Part shown: piece after piece, positions 42,819 to 53,219 of the stretch
How positions within the stretch are numbered: position 1 is the stretch's first letter
How the letters are laid out: each line of letters opens with the position of its first letter
NCBI GenBank assembly: GCA_965261085.1
Contig: OZ253442.1
Coordinates: 1,440,001 to 1,504,000 of the forward strand
DNA: 64,000 nucleotides
Reading direction: 5' to 3'
Origin: a bacterium
GTDB taxonomy: Bacteria; UBA8248
Position numbers and translations under genes: made by a program
The notes under the pieces: generated by a model
Told to the model about the DNA's origin: nothing
The model's database searches: none
Seen by the model: the letters and a program-made list of their open reading frames with translations, nothing else

Positions 42819-44696
42819 ATGTCTCAACAAACCAAGCGCAAAGATTTCCCCAAAGACGCCATCGCCCTGAAGTTCAACGGCGCGCCCGTTGATTTGAATC
42901 GCGATCTTCCCGACGACGCCGAGCCGGAGGTTATCTTCCTCGATTCGGAGGAAGGTCTGGAGATTCTACGCCACAGCACGGCGCACCTCATGGCCCAGGC
43001 GGTGCAGGAACTCTACACTGGCGCGCAACTCACCATCGGCCCTCCGATCGAAAACGGGTTTTATTACGACATCGACGTCGACGTCACCTTCACGCCTGAG
43101 GATTTGAAGACGATCGAGGCGAGAATGAAAAAGCTCGCCAAAAAGAAATACGCCATCGAGCGCGAGGATATCTCGCGCGCGGACGCTTTGGCCCTTTTCG
43201 GGGAAAGGGGCGAGAACTACAAGATAGAGATGATCCATGACTTGCCCGAAGGCGAGGCGCTTTCCATCTACCGCCAGGGCGGTTTCGTGGATTTGTGCCG
43301 GGGGCCGCATGTGCCCGGAACCGGGGTGCTGCGCAACTTCAAGCTCCTGAGCGTGGCGGGCGCCTACTGGCGCGGGGATGAGAAGAACAAGATGCTCCAG
43401 CGCATCTACGGCACCGCCTTCGCGACCAAAGAAGACCTGGCGGCCCACATCCAGAGGCTCGGGGACGCGAAAAAGAGAGACCACCGCGTCATCGGCAAGC
43501 AACTCGGCATATTCCTGGTGGATGAGGACGCGGGCGGCGGGCTGATCTATTGGCCGCCCAGGGGTACGACGCTTAAGAAGGTGATCGAGCGCTTCTGGGA
43601 GGATGAGCACGTAAGGCGCGGCTACCAGCTCGTCTCCATCCCCCACATCGCGCGCGACGTGCTCTTCAAGACTTCCGGCCATTATGATTTTTACCGGGAA
43701 AACATGTATGTCCTGAACATCGACGAGGACGAATACGTCTTGAAGCCCATGAACTGCCCGGGCCATATTCTGGTGTACCAGCAGAAAATCCACAGCTACC
43801 GCGATCTGCCCTACCGCCTGGCGGAACTGGGCACGGTCTACCGCTACGAGCGCAGCGGTGCGCTGCACGGAATGCTCCGGGTGCGGGGCTTCACCCAGGA
43901 CGACGCGCACATCTTCTGCACGCCGGAACAGGCCGAGGGAGAGGTGCTGGGCGTCATCGATCTGGCGCACTTCATGCTGCGGACCTACGGCTACGAGGAT
44001 TTCGAGACCGAACTCTCCGTGCACGACGCTTCTGATTTCAGCAAGTACGCCGGCGAACTCGAGGATTGGGAGGCGGCGGAGGAGGCGCTGACAAGGGCGC
44101 TCGAAAAACGCGGCATCGCCTATAAGCGCATCGAGGGCGAGGCGGCGTTCTACGGGCCAAAAATAGACATCAAGATGCGCGACGCCCTGGGCCGAGGCTG
44201 GCAGGGGCCGACCATCCAGTTCGACTTCAACCTGCCCAAGCGCTTCGATCTGAACTACGTCGGCGCGGACAGTGCGCGCCATAAGGTTGTCATGATCCAC
44301 AGAACCGTCATGGGTTCGATGGAGCGTTTCGTTGGCGGGCTGATCGAACACTACGCGGGTGCGTTCCCCCCGTGGCTCGCGCCCGAGCAGGCGCGCGTCA
44401 TGACGATCACCGACGATCACATCCCCTACGGCCGTGAGGTGGAGCAGAAATTGCTCGCCGCCGGTTTTCGGGCGGAAGGGGATTTCCGAAACGAGAAGAT
44501 TGGGTATAAAATAAGGGAAGCCCAGAGAGACAAGATACCGTACATGCTTATCCTCGGCGCCCGGGAGGCGGAGAGGGGCGAAGTTTCCCTCAGGCTCCGC
44601 GAGCAGGGCGACGTAGGGGCCATCTCATTGGAGGAACTTATGGAGAGAATGCGAAGCGACATCGAGAATAAATCACTCACCTCGGGAACGGTCTGA
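42819..44696 (+). CDS. thrS: Threonine--tRNA ligase
   Basis: RHSTAHL, DLCRGPH, KPMNCPGH, RVRGFTQDDAH, FYGPKID. Confidence 0.98.
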   Translation: MSQQTKRKDFPKDAIALKFNGAPVDLNRDLPDDAEPEVIFLDSEEGLEILRHSTAHLMAQAVQELYTGAQLTIGPPIENGFYYDIDVDVTFTPEDLKTIEARMKKLAKKKYAIEREDISRADALALFGERGENYKIEMIHDLPEGEALSIYRQGGFVDLCRGPHVPGTGVLRNFKLLSVAGAYWRGDEKNKMLQRIYGTAFATKEDLAAHIQRLGDAKKRDHRVIGKQLGIFLVDEDAGGGLIYWPPRGTTLKKVIERFWEDEHVRRGYQLVSIPHIARDVLFKTSGHYDFYRENMYVLNIDEDEYVLKPMNCPGHILVYQQKIHSYRDLPYRLAELGTVYRYERSGALHGMLRVRGFTQDDAHIFCTPEQAEGEVLGVIDLAHFMLRTYGYEDFETELSVHDASDFSKYAGELEDWEAAEEALTRALEKRGIAYKRIEGEAAFYGPKIDIKMRDALGRGWQGPTIQFDFNLPKRFDLNYVGADSARHKVVMIHRTVMGSMERFVGGLIEHYAGAFPPWLAPEQARVMTITDDHIPYGREVEQKLLAAGFRAEGDFRNEKIGYKIREAQRDKIPYMLILGAREAERGEVSLRLREQGDVGAISLEELMERMRSDIENKSLTSGTV

Positions 44697-44724
44697 TATG
44701 GCGTCGCGATTCAGAGGACGGGAC

Positions 44725-45429
44725 ATTCACCCGACGGCTACAGGCCCCAGGGCCAATCGTGACATCCGTGTTCCGATGGTGCGGGTCATCGACGAGGAGG
44801 GCCAGCAACTCGGCGTTCTTCCCGTGGAAGAGGCGGTGAAGGCCGCCGAGGACAGGGATCTGGATCTCGTCGAAGTGTCTCCCAACGCGGATCCGCCCGT
44901 TTGCAAGATCATGGACCTGGGCCGCTACAAATACACGCAGCAGAAAAAGGCGCAGGAGGCCAAGAAGAAACAGCGTGTGGTGGAGGTGAAAGAAGTCAAG
45001 CTTCGCATCAAGATTGAAAACCATGACTACGTGATAAAGAAAAGACACGCGGAGCGGTTTTTGAACGATGGGAACAAGGCGAAGGTCACCATCATGTTTC
45101 GCGGACGCGAGGTGACGCACCCCGACCTGGGGCGAAAACTCCTCGAGCGCATGGCGAACGAACTCCTCGAAATCGGCACGGTGGAGCAGTTCCCCAACCT
45201 GGAAGGCCGCAACATGACGATGGTGATCGCGCCGAAATCGACAAGACCGCCCAAAAAGGATACAACGCCGCGAAAGAAATCGGGCAGGAAAGCCGAAGTC
45301 GTCTCGATGGGCGAGGAAAAACTGACGGCTCCTCTGGCGGAGGCGCTCAAGGGAGCGGAAATTCAAATCAGCCCGGCTGACGGGGCGGGTGACGAGAAAC
45401 CCGAAGGAGAAGTGAAAGAAGATGCCTAA
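44725..45429 (+). CDS. infC: Translation initiation factor IF-3 (probable ATT start; C-terminal extension)
   Basis: [28 protein letters not shown]; ATT at 44725 lies 6 nt after AGAGGA, with an alternative ATG at 44698. Confidence 0.95.
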   Translation: MHPTATGPRANRDIRVPMVRVIDEEGQQLGVLPVEEAVKAAEDRDLDLVEVSPNADPPVCKIMDLGRYKYTQQKKAQEAKKKQRVVEVKEVKLRIKIENHDYVIKKRHAERFLNDGNKAKVTIMFRGREVTHPDLGRKLLERMANELLEIGTVEQFPNLEGRNMTMVIAPKSTRPPKKDTTPRKKSGRKAEVVSMGEEKLTAPLAEALKGAEIQISPADGAGDEKPEGEVKEDA

Positions 45430-45619
45430 GATGAAGACGAACCGCGGGGCGGCCAAGCGTTTCAAAATAACGGCCACGGGCAAGGTGAAGCGCTTCCACT
45501 CCCATCACCGTCATATCCTGACGAAGAAGGCGACGAAAAGAAAGAGAGAACTCCGCCACAGCGTCATCGCGAATCCCACGGATGCCAAGATGATCAAGCG
45601 GCTGATACCTTATTTGTAG
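45422..45619 (+). CDS. rpmI: 50S ribosomal protein L35
   Basis: [21 protein letters not shown]. Confidence 0.98.
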   Translation: MPKMKTNRGAAKRFKITATGKVKRFHSHHRHILTKKATKRKRELRHSVIANPTDAKMIKRLIPYL

Positions 45620-45697
45620 CCTTTTCGTAGAGATGGTGACGGTTTCGCCCCGGGCGGCGAAGAGCCCGCGCCGTCATTTCACCGGAGTAAAGAAGAG

Positions 45698-45847
45698 ATG
45701 AGCAATCCGGTGGGCAATCTGAATGACTTTATAAAGTCGATCTTCGACGGGATTGGATCGTTTATAGTTGATTATCCTTACGCTGCTGGGGTAGTCCTTT
45801 TTGTAGCCATAGTCCTCAGGCGCACTATCAAGCGCGCCCGAAGGTAA
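45698..45847 (+). CDS. Small (49 aa) single-TM hypothetical protein
   Basis: MSNPVGNLNDFIKSIFDGIGSFIVDYPYAAGVVLFVAIVLRRTIKRARR; below the ORF-track cutoff. Confidence 0.6.
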   Translation: MSNPVGNLNDFIKSIFDGIGSFIVDYPYAAGVVLFVAIVLRRTIKRARR

Positions 45848-45992
45848 CCCGCTCTTTTTTCTGACGCTTAGGGCTTGCGGTCCTCAGCCCGTGCGGGTAT
45901 AGTCCCCCCGGTCGGTCGCAGGAATTTGTGGTATTTCGAGGCGGCCTCAGAGGGAATGGAAGAAAATCATAGATTGAGGGAGTAACCGAATC

Positions 45993-46346
45993 ATGCCGCG
46001 TTCGACAGGAAAACCGGCCGGTAGGGAGAGACATCGCAGGCTTCTCAAGAAAGCGAAGGGCTATCGCGGCGCGCGCTCGAAAAGGTTCCGCTCCGCCCGG
46101 GAGTCCGTGCTTCGCTCCCTCGCCTACGCCTATCGTGACCGCCGGGTGCGCAAGCGCGTGTTCAGGCGTCTTTGGAATGTTCGCATCAATGCGGCGGCCC
46201 GTCTGCATGGTCTCAATTACAGCCGTTTCATCTGGGGGCTGGGCCAGGCTGGCGTGGAGGTGAACCGCAAGATTCTGGCCGAATTGGCGATAGAAGACCC
46301 CCAGGCCTTCGGCAAACTCGTGGAAATCGCCAAGGCGCAGGCCTAG
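45993..46346 (+). CDS. rplT: 50S ribosomal protein L20
   Basis: [33 protein letters not shown]. Confidence 0.98.
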   Translation: MPRSTGKPAGRERHRRLLKKAKGYRGARSKRFRSARESVLRSLAYAYRDRRVRKRVFRRLWNVRINAAARLHGLNYSRFIWGLGQAGVEVNRKILAELAIEDPQAFGKLVEIAKAQA

Positions 46347-46369
46347 AGCCGGACGAGAAGAGGTGCTTC

Positions 46370-46400
46370 AGGCTCCACCCTGCCGGGTGGGGCCTTTTTT
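46370..46400 (+). terminator. Rho-independent terminator after rplT
   Basis: AGGCTCCACCC-TGCC-GGGTGGGGCCT followed by a T-run. Confidence 0.8.
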
Positions 46401-46436
46401 ATGCGGCCCCGAATGGATGGGGGTAGAGGAAAAAGC

Positions 46437-47549
46437 ATGAGCGAAGACCGGCTTATCGATATTATTCGTGAATCCTCGAGCCTGGTGTCCGAGGCCTGGA
46501 CCGCTCGCGACGCGCAGGCGGCCGAGAACGCGCGCATCCGCTATCTGGGACGCAAGGGCGGTGCGCTCAACGAGGTGATGCGGGGTCTGAAGGATTTGCC
46601 CGCCGATGAGAAGCGCGTCGTCGGCCCACTTGCCAACTCCGTTCGCGCCTACATCGAGGCGAGCGTTTCGGCCATCAAGGAAGATGACAGGGAAAAGATA
46701 ATCGAAGCGCACCGCGCTCTCGGCGAGCGTCTCAGGGAAAGAGAGAGGGACGAGGCGTTGGGCGAGGAACTCGAGGGCAGGGCGAGTGAGATTCTTGGCG
46801 CCGGCGATGTCGCCGCCACTTCCCGTTCGCAGCTCGACCTCACGATTCCCGGGCGCTCGCCGCTCATCGGCCACGAGCATCCGCTCGTGCAGACGATGGA
46901 AGATTTGATCGAGGTGCTCACGCGCCTGGGCTATTCCGTGGCGGAAGGCCCTGAAGCGGAACTCGACTATTACAACTTTGAGGCCCTGAACATTCCCAAG
47001 GACCATCCGGCGCGCGACATGCAGGATACGTTTTATCTGAGCGGCGACGCTCTTTTGCGGACGCACACCTCGCCCGTCCAGATCCGGGTGATGGAGAACC
47101 AGGAGCCGCCTGTGAAGGTCATCGCTCCCGGTAAGGTGTTTCGCTGTGACGCCGACGTCACGCATTCGCCCATGTTTCACCAGATCGAGGGCCTGTACGT
47201 GGATGCGGGCGTGACGTTCGCCGACCTCAAGGGGACGCTTGAGGCCTTCGTGCGTGAGATTTTCGGGCCCGAGTACCGCGTGCGGCTCCGGCCCAGTTTT
47301 TTCCCGTTCACGGAGCCGAGCGTCGAGGTCGACATCGCCAGCGATTATGTGGCGGGCGGGGAATGGATGGAGGTTTTGGGCGCAGGGATGGTAGACCCGG
47401 CGGTCTTCGAGGCGGTGGGGTATGACCCCGAGCGATGGACCGGATTCGCCTGGGGCCTGGGCGTGGAGCGCATCACCATGCTGCGCTACGGCATCAGCGA
47501 CATCCGTCTTTTCTTTGAAAACGATTTGAGAATGTTGCGGCAATTCTGA
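46437..47549 (+). CDS. pheS: Phenylalanine--tRNA ligase alpha subunit
   Basis: HPARDMQDTFY, LRTHTSPVQ, FPFTEPS, GFAWGLGVER. Confidence 0.98.
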   Translation: MSEDRLIDIIRESSSLVSEAWTARDAQAAENARIRYLGRKGGALNEVMRGLKDLPADEKRVVGPLANSVRAYIEASVSAIKEDDREKIIEAHRALGERLRERERDEALGEELEGRASEILGAGDVAATSRSQLDLTIPGRSPLIGHEHPLVQTMEDLIEVLTRLGYSVAEGPEAELDYYNFEALNIPKDHPARDMQDTFYLSGDALLRTHTSPVQIRVMENQEPPVKVIAPGKVFRCDADVTHSPMFHQIEGLYVDAGVTFADLKGTLEAFVREIFGPEYRVRLRPSFFPFTEPSVEVDIASDYVAGGEWMEVLGAGMVDPAVFEAVGYDPERWTGFAWGLGVERITMLRYGISDIRLFFENDLRMLRQF

Positions 47550-47582
47550 ATTTCAGGATTGGCCGCGCGATGAGGAACCCCG

Positions 47583-49994
47583 ATGCGGATTAGCCTGGAG
47601 TGGCTCGCCGATTTTATCGATTTAGACCTCGAAGATGCCGAACTGCCCGAACGCCTGGCGAACGGGCTTCTGCTCGCCGGCCTGGAAGTCGAAGCGCTCG
47701 AACGCCCCGAGGCGGCGTTCGACGGGCTGGTGGTGGCTGAAGTCTTGTCCGTGGCGCCACATCCCAACGCGGACAGGCTGAAAGTCTGCCGCGTGGCCGA
47801 TGGCGCGGGAGAGCGCTCCGTGGTGTGCGGTGCGCCCAACGTCGCGGCGGGCAGGCGCGTCGTCCTGGCCACCCCGGGGGTGCGGATGCCGGGGGGGATG
47901 AAGGTTGAAATCGCGCGGATTCGCGGTGAGCAGAGCGAGGGGATGATCTGCTCGGAGCGCGAACTCGGCCTGGGGACGGATCATAGCGGCGTCATGGTGC
48001 TCTCAGACGCGCACGTTATCGGGAGCGACGCGGCGGAGCTTCTGGGGCTGAACGATGTGATTTTCGATATTTCGATTACGCCGAACCGCGCAGATTGCCT
48101 CTCTGTCCTGGGCGTGGCGCGCGAGGCGGCGGCCCTTTTGGGAACCTCGCTGCGCATGCCCGAGATTTCCGTCGAAGAGGATGAGGACGTTTCCGCGGCT
48201 TCGGTCTGCGCGGTGGAGATATGGGACCCGGATAAATGCCCGCGCTACGCCGCCCGCATCATCCAGGGCGTTCGAATCGGCCCATCGCCCAGGTGGATGG
48301 CGCGGCGCCTGCGGGCGGCAGGGATGCGGCCGATCAACAACGTGGTCGACGTGACGAACTACGTGATGCTTTCCCTGGGTCAGCCGCTCCATGCGTTCGA
48401 CCTGCACCGTTTGGCTGAGCAGAAAATCATCGTGCGAAGGTGGGCCGAGAGCGATGGCCCCTTCACCACGCTCGACGGCCAGCAGCGCGAGATGGACGAT
48501 GAGGATCTCATGATCTGTGACGGTGAAAAGCCCGTTGCCATCGGCGGCGTGATGGGGGGTCTCGACTCCGAGGTGAGCGACGACACTCGGGATATCCTTC
48601 TCGAGAGCGCATATTTCACGCCCCAGACCATCCGGCGCACCCGCAGGCGTCTGGGCATGTCCACGGAGGCGTCGTATAGATTCGAGCGTGGGGTGGACCC
48701 CTCGGGCGCCGTTCGAGCGGCGGATCTGGCCGCCGAACTCATTCGCCAGACGGCGGGCGGCGTCATCGCCCAAGGTGCGGTGGATGCGCATCCCGCGCCC
48801 ATCGCGCCGAAGCAGGTGCCGATTCGGGTGGCGCGCGCATCGAGCCTGCTCGGCATATCGCTGGATGCTTCCCGGGTCAGGGAGACCCTCGAATCCTTGG
48901 GGTTTCTCGTGAGCAAGAAAGAAGACGGCGTTTTTAGCGTCGAGGTACCCACTTTCCGGCCGGACATCGAACGCGAGATCGACCTGATCGAAGAGGTGGG
49001 CAGAAGGGTGGGGTATGAGAATATTCCCGCTACCCTGCCGGCTTCTGGAAACCCCGCCGCAAGGCCGACCCGCACCCGCTCCCTGGAGCTTCAGGCGCGC
49101 CGGATCATGGTGGCCGGCGGATTCAGCGAAGCGCTCAACTATAGCTTCGTCAGCAGAGAGGCTCTGCGGGGCATGGAATGGCGCGATGAACAGATGGTGG
49201 CGCTGCGCAATCCCCTGAGCGGTGAGATGGACGTGCTCAGAACCACCCTGCTCGCCGGTTTGCTTGCGAACGTGGCGCACAATCTGAGCCGTGGGGTGGG
49301 TGAGATTCGCCTGTTCGAGTTGGGGCGCTCGTTTCATCCCGTGAATGGAGAATCCTTGCCGGATCAGGTATTGCGCATGACCGGCGTCGTCGTCGGGAGC
49401 GAGGTGTCTCAAGACAGCGTGTCGCTTCCGGGAGCTTTGTCGGAACTCAAAGGGGTGCTCGAACGCTTCCTGGAATCCTTGAAGCTGGAGAACCTTCTGT
49501 TCGAGCCGGTCGACGCCGCTCCGGGTTGGGAGCCGTCGGCGGTTTCTAGGATTCTTGCCGGCGGCGTGTCGCTCGGCCACGTCGGTTTGGTGGCGCCCGA
49601 GGCGTTGGGCGTCTGGGACATCGAGACGGGCGTATCCGCTTTTGAGATAAACCTCGCCGCATTGGCCGAAATCGACCCCGCCCCCCGTCGCCTGACGCCC
49701 TTGCCGAGGTACCCGGCCTCTCTGCGCGATCTGGCGGTGGTGGTGGATGCCGCGCGGACCAATGGGGAGATTGAGGAGATCATCCGCCAAGAGGGCGGAA
49801 AATGGCTCGAGTCGGTGAATTTGTTCGACGTCTATCAGGATGTCGCCCTGAAGGCCTCGGGAGAGAAGAGCCTGGCGTATTCGCTGGTGTTCCGCCACCC
49901 CGAGGCGACGCTCACCGATGAGCAGGTCAGCGAGGCATTCGATGGAATCGTAGGGGCTTTGGGTGCGCGTCTGGGCGCGCGACTTCGTTCGTGA
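47583..49994 (+). CDS. pheT: Phenylalanine--tRNA ligase beta subunit
   Basis: HPNADRL, ITPNRADCLS, RFERGVD, DLIEEV, NPLS, FDX-ACB domain. Confidence 0.98.
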   Translation: MRISLEWLADFIDLDLEDAELPERLANGLLLAGLEVEALERPEAAFDGLVVAEVLSVAPHPNADRLKVCRVADGAGERSVVCGAPNVAAGRRVVLATPGVRMPGGMKVEIARIRGEQSEGMICSERELGLGTDHSGVMVLSDAHVIGSDAAELLGLNDVIFDISITPNRADCLSVLGVAREAAALLGTSLRMPEISVEEDEDVSAASVCAVEIWDPDKCPRYAARIIQGVRIGPSPRWMARRLRAAGMRPINNVVDVTNYVMLSLGQPLHAFDLHRLAEQKIIVRRWAESDGPFTTLDGQQREMDDEDLMICDGEKPVAIGGVMGGLDSEVSDDTRDILLESAYFTPQTIRRTRRRLGMSTEASYRFERGVDPSGAVRAADLAAELIRQTAGGVIAQGAVDAHPAPIAPKQVPIRVARASSLLGISLDASRVRETLESLGFLVSKKEDGVFSVEVPTFRPDIEREIDLIEEVGRRVGYENIPATLPASGNPAARPTRTRSLELQARRIMVAGGFSEALNYSFVSREALRGMEWRDEQMVALRNPLSGEMDVLRTTLLAGLLANVAHNLSRGVGEIRLFELGRSFHPVNGESLPDQVLRMTGVVVGSEVSQDSVSLPGALSELKGVLERFLESLKLENLLFEPVDAAPGWEPSAVSRILAGGVSLGHVGLVAPEALGVWDIETGVSAFEINLAALAEIDPAPRRLTPLPRYPASLRDLAVVVDAARTNGEIEEIIRQEGGKWLESVNLFDVYQDVALKASGEKSLAYSLVFRHPEATLTDEQVSEAFDGIVGALGARLGARLRS

Positions 49995-50087
49995 TGGTTT
50001 CCTTGACACTCTTCTTTGCCGAACTTAGAATTATCCATATTCGTTAACCGCGATTCTATTTCTTGCGCCCTTGGAAAGAGTGTCTGA

Positions 50088-50342
50088 ATGGTCATCGACA
50101 AATTGAACGCGCTCGAAACCGCGCTCTCGAATCTTTTGGAGGAACGCGATGCCCTGAGGCGCTCTCGGGCGGAGTTGGAGTCGCAACTCCAGAGGTTGAG
50201 AGAAGAGGCCCGCACTGACTCCGAGTCCGTGCGGGCCCAGGCCGATGAGTTGGCGAAATGCCAGTCGGAAAACGAGCGGCTTCAAAATGAGCAGGCCGAG
50301 GTTCGAGAGCGAGTGGAGAAGATTCTGACGCACATCGAGTAG
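50088..50342 (+). CDS. zapB: Coiled-coil cell division protein ZapB-like
   Basis: All coiled coil; pheT-zapB-zapA-6S synteny. Confidence 0.65.
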   Translation: MVIDKLNALETALSNLLEERDALRRSRAELESQLQRLREEARTDSESVRAQADELAKCQSENERLQNEQAEVRERVEKILTHIE

Positions 50343-50384
50343 TTCGTTGAAAGTATGCAGGACAACGGCATAAGGAGACAGCTT

Positions 50385-50663
50385 ATGGCCGGGGAGAATA
50401 AATTCGTGGTGGAGATCTTTGGTCATTCCTTGAACCTGAGAAGTTCGGCCAACGCCGAATATACGTTGGAACTCGCCGAATATGTTGATTCTCAAATTCA
50501 CAAGGTCTCGCGCCAGTCGAACGATCCGATCAAGGTCGTTCTGCTGGCGTCGATGAACATCGCCAATGAGTTGTTTGAGGAGAGAGAAGCGAAAGAAAAA
50601 AGTGAGGAAGCCCTCTCACAACGCGCTGATTCTCTGTTGGAGATGGTGAAAAGAGTGGACTGA
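50385..50663 (+). CDS. zapA: Cell division protein ZapA
   Basis: VEIFG...LAEYVD...LASMNIANEL. Confidence 0.9.
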   Translation: MAGENKFVVEIFGHSLNLRSSANAEYTLELAEYVDSQIHKVSRQSNDPIKVVLLASMNIANELFEEREAKEKSEEALSQRADSLLEMVKRVD

Positions 50664-50741
50664 GCAGAAGTTTCTCCCCACGCCAGTAGCTTTTCCTTGT
50701 ATTCATCCCCTGGTTTTAGTGTCATAATACTTCTTTGCTTT

Positions 50742-50919
50742 GGCCCTGCCGTGTTCGTGATGAGGGAAAGCATTTTGACCCAGTACTATTGTACCGGGAG
50801 TCCTGCCCCACGGTGGTGAGCTATTCCTCTCGGGGAGTTCGGCCTAAAGCCATGGACGTGGACGCCCACCTGGCGAAAGCTGGGTTCAAAGCGAACCTCA
50901 CACGGCACAAGGCGGGGTC
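50742..50919 (+). ncRNA. ssrS: 6S RNA
   Basis: CCCTGCCGTGTTCG...TTGACCC...CCCACC...GGGTTCAA...CGGCAC..GGCGGGG long rod with central bubble, between zapA and the 5-formyl-THF cyclo-ligase gene. Confidence 0.9.
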
Positions 50920-51001
50920 ATTACTGACATGGACCTCGAGTCCGAGATAGGGTTTCCGCTTCTGATCGTGAGGACTCGGGTGTGTCGTTGTAAGAGAGTT
51001 C

Positions 51002-51619
51002 ATGGCCGAATCAAACATGGAGAAACGTGACGTTCGGCTGAAAATGAAGGAGATGAGAGAACAACTCCCCCCTGCCGAGACTGGCGCGTTGAGTCGCCTG
51101 GCGGGACGGCGCCTGGATTCTTTTCTGGTCTTCATGGGCGCGAGCAGGGTGGGAATATATGCGGCGGTTCGCGGTGAGATGGACTTCTCGTCGCTCTGGA
51201 ATGAAGGCAGCGATGCGAAAAGAATATTTTATTTTCCCAGGGTGGAAAAAGATGTTTTGCACTTCTGCCCGGTGAATCATCCCGAGTCGGAGCTTCAGTC
51301 GGGTACGCTTCAAATTCCAGAACCTGTTCGCGATATCCCCCCCCTGGATGTGAATGAATTGGATGTGGTCATTATCCCCGGCCTCGCATTCGATCTGTAT
51401 GGCGGTCGGCTGGGAACCGGCGGTGGATTCTACGATCGCACTTTTCAGGGTCGCCGCGGCGGACCGAATGGGTCCGGCCCTCTTCTGGTGGGCGCTGGCT
51501 ATGCGTTTCAGTTGCTCATTGGTGAGTCCTGGAAGTGGGACGCCTGGGATGTCGGCGTTGATTGGGTGATAACCGATCGGGGGGCGCTGCTTTGCCTCCC
51601 ACGTGAATATATGCCCTAG
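51002..51619 (+). CDS. 5-formyltetrahydrofolate cyclo-ligase
   Basis: IPEP, VIIPGLAFD, RLGTGGGFYDR, WDVGVDWVIT. Confidence 0.93.
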   Translation: MAESNMEKRDVRLKMKEMREQLPPAETGALSRLAGRRLDSFLVFMGASRVGIYAAVRGEMDFSSLWNEGSDAKRIFYFPRVEKDVLHFCPVNHPESELQSGTLQIPEPVRDIPPLDVNELDVVIIPGLAFDLYGGRLGTGGGFYDRTFQGRRGGPNGSGPLLVGAGYAFQLLIGESWKWDAWDVGVDWVITDRGALLCLPREYMP

Positions 51620-51628
51620 GAGGCGAAT

Positions 51629-53212
51629 ATGGATAACGTGGTTTTGTTGCAGATAGTCGTTGTTGCCGTTGCCGTCGTATGCGTGGCGGTGCTCTTGAGC
51701 ATGCGGGGAATGAAGCGCCGGCATGAAGAGATGACGTCCCGCCTGGAGGCGGACGCCGACAAGCGGATTCAGCAGATTAACGAGAGCGCAGCCAAAGAAC
51801 TCTCGCAAAAGATTCAGGAATCGCAGGTAGCGCACAAGGCGGAATTGCTGCAGGAAAGAGAGCGCATCGAGCGGGAGAACAAAACCCGCGTGGATGAGCT
51901 TCAGAAACTCGAACAAAGGGTGATCCAGCGCGAAGAGATGCTGGACAGGCGCCGAGAGAGCCTCGACGGCAAGGAGGCGGCCGTTGAGCGCCGCGATGCC
52001 GAATTGGGTGAAAAAGAACAGGACTTGAGGCGTCAGGAGGCGCGCTACAGACAACTGCAGGAGGAGGAGATCAAGAAGCTGGAGGAGATTTCCGGCCTCA
52101 GCGTCGAAAACGCGAAGAAAGAGCTCCAGGATCGCTTCATGGAGGAGGCGAAACAGGATATTGCCGCCGAGGTGCAGCGTCTCGAACGCCGGGCGAGGAA
52201 TACCGTCGATACCGAGGCGAAAAAAGCGCTTGCCCTCGCCGTGGAGCGTTTCTCTTCCGAACACGTTGCGGAAAACCTGGTGAGCGTGGTGGATTTGCCG
52301 ACCGATGAGATGAAAGGCCGCATCATCGGTCGCGAGGGCAGGAACATACGCGCCCTGGAGATGGCGACCGGCGTGGACGTGATCATCGACGATACGCCCG
52401 AGGCCGTCGTCGTCTCGGGCTTCGACAAGGTTCGCCGTGAGACGGCGCGCCTGGCGCTCGAAGCGCTCGTGCAGGACGGGAGAATCCACCCGGGCAGAAT
52501 CGAGGACATCGTCAACAAGACGAAAAAAGACATCGACACGCAGATACGTCAGGCTGGCGAGGAGGCCGTCATGGAGCTTGGGATCGGCGATGTGCATCCC
52601 GAACTCGTGAAGCTGCTGGGGCGTCTCAAATACCGCACGAGCTACAGCCAGAACGCGCTGATGCACTCCAAGGAAGTGGCCTATCTCGCCGGGATGCTGG
52701 CGGACGAGTTGCGCATTGACTCCGCGATGGCGAAGCGCGCCGGCTTGTTTCACGACATCGGCAAGGCGGCGACGCACGAGGTCGAGGGCTCCCACGTCCA
52801 GATAGGCTACGACATCGCCAAGCGCTACAACGAGCCGCCCGAGGTTCTCAACGCCATTGTTTCGCACCATGAGGATGAGGAGGCGAATTGCATCGAATCC
52901 GTCCTGGTGAAGGCGGCCGATACGCTCTCCGCCGCCCGTCCGGGGGCGAGGCGCGAGATGGTGGAGAGCTACATTAAGCGCCTGGAGGCGCTGGAGAAGA
53001 TCGCCGAATCCTTCAAGGGCGTGGAGAAGTGCTTCGCCATCCAGGCGGGCCGGGAGATTCGCGTGTCGGTCCTGCCCGATGAGATCACCGACTCGCAGGC
53101 TACTTTCCTGGCGCGGGACATCGCCAAGAGAATCGAGAGCGAGCGAACGTATCCGGGTGAAATTCTCGTCACCGTCATCCGGGAAACCCGCCATATGGCC
53201 ACGGCGCGTTGA
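51629..53212 (+). CDS. rny: Ribonuclease Y
   Basis: N-terminal TM, coiled coil, KH ([13 protein letters not shown]), HD (FHDIGK). Confidence 0.97.
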   Translation: MDNVVLLQIVVVAVAVVCVAVLLSMRGMKRRHEEMTSRLEADADKRIQQINESAAKELSQKIQESQVAHKAELLQERERIERENKTRVDELQKLEQRVIQREEMLDRRRESLDGKEAAVERRDAELGEKEQDLRRQEARYRQLQEEEIKKLEEISGLSVENAKKELQDRFMEEAKQDIAAEVQRLERRARNTVDTEAKKALALAVERFSSEHVAENLVSVVDLPTDEMKGRIIGREGRNIRALEMATGVDVIIDDTPEAVVVSGFDKVRRETARLALEALVQDGRIHPGRIEDIVNKTKKDIDTQIRQAGEEAVMELGIGDVHPELVKLLGRLKYRTSYSQNALMHSKEVAYLAGMLADELRIDSAMAKRAGLFHDIGKAATHEVEGSHVQIGYDIAKRYNEPPEVLNAIVSHHEDEEANCIESVLVKAADTLSAARPGARREMVESYIKRLEALEKIAESFKGVEKCFAIQAGREIRVSVLPDEITDSQATFLARDIAKRIESERTYPGEILVTVIRETRHMATAR

Positions 53213-53219
53213 GGTTGTC

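Noticed and set aside
46346-46437. PheM-like attenuator leader before pheS
   Set aside because: A terminator hairpin is present, but no Phe-rich leader peptide was found.
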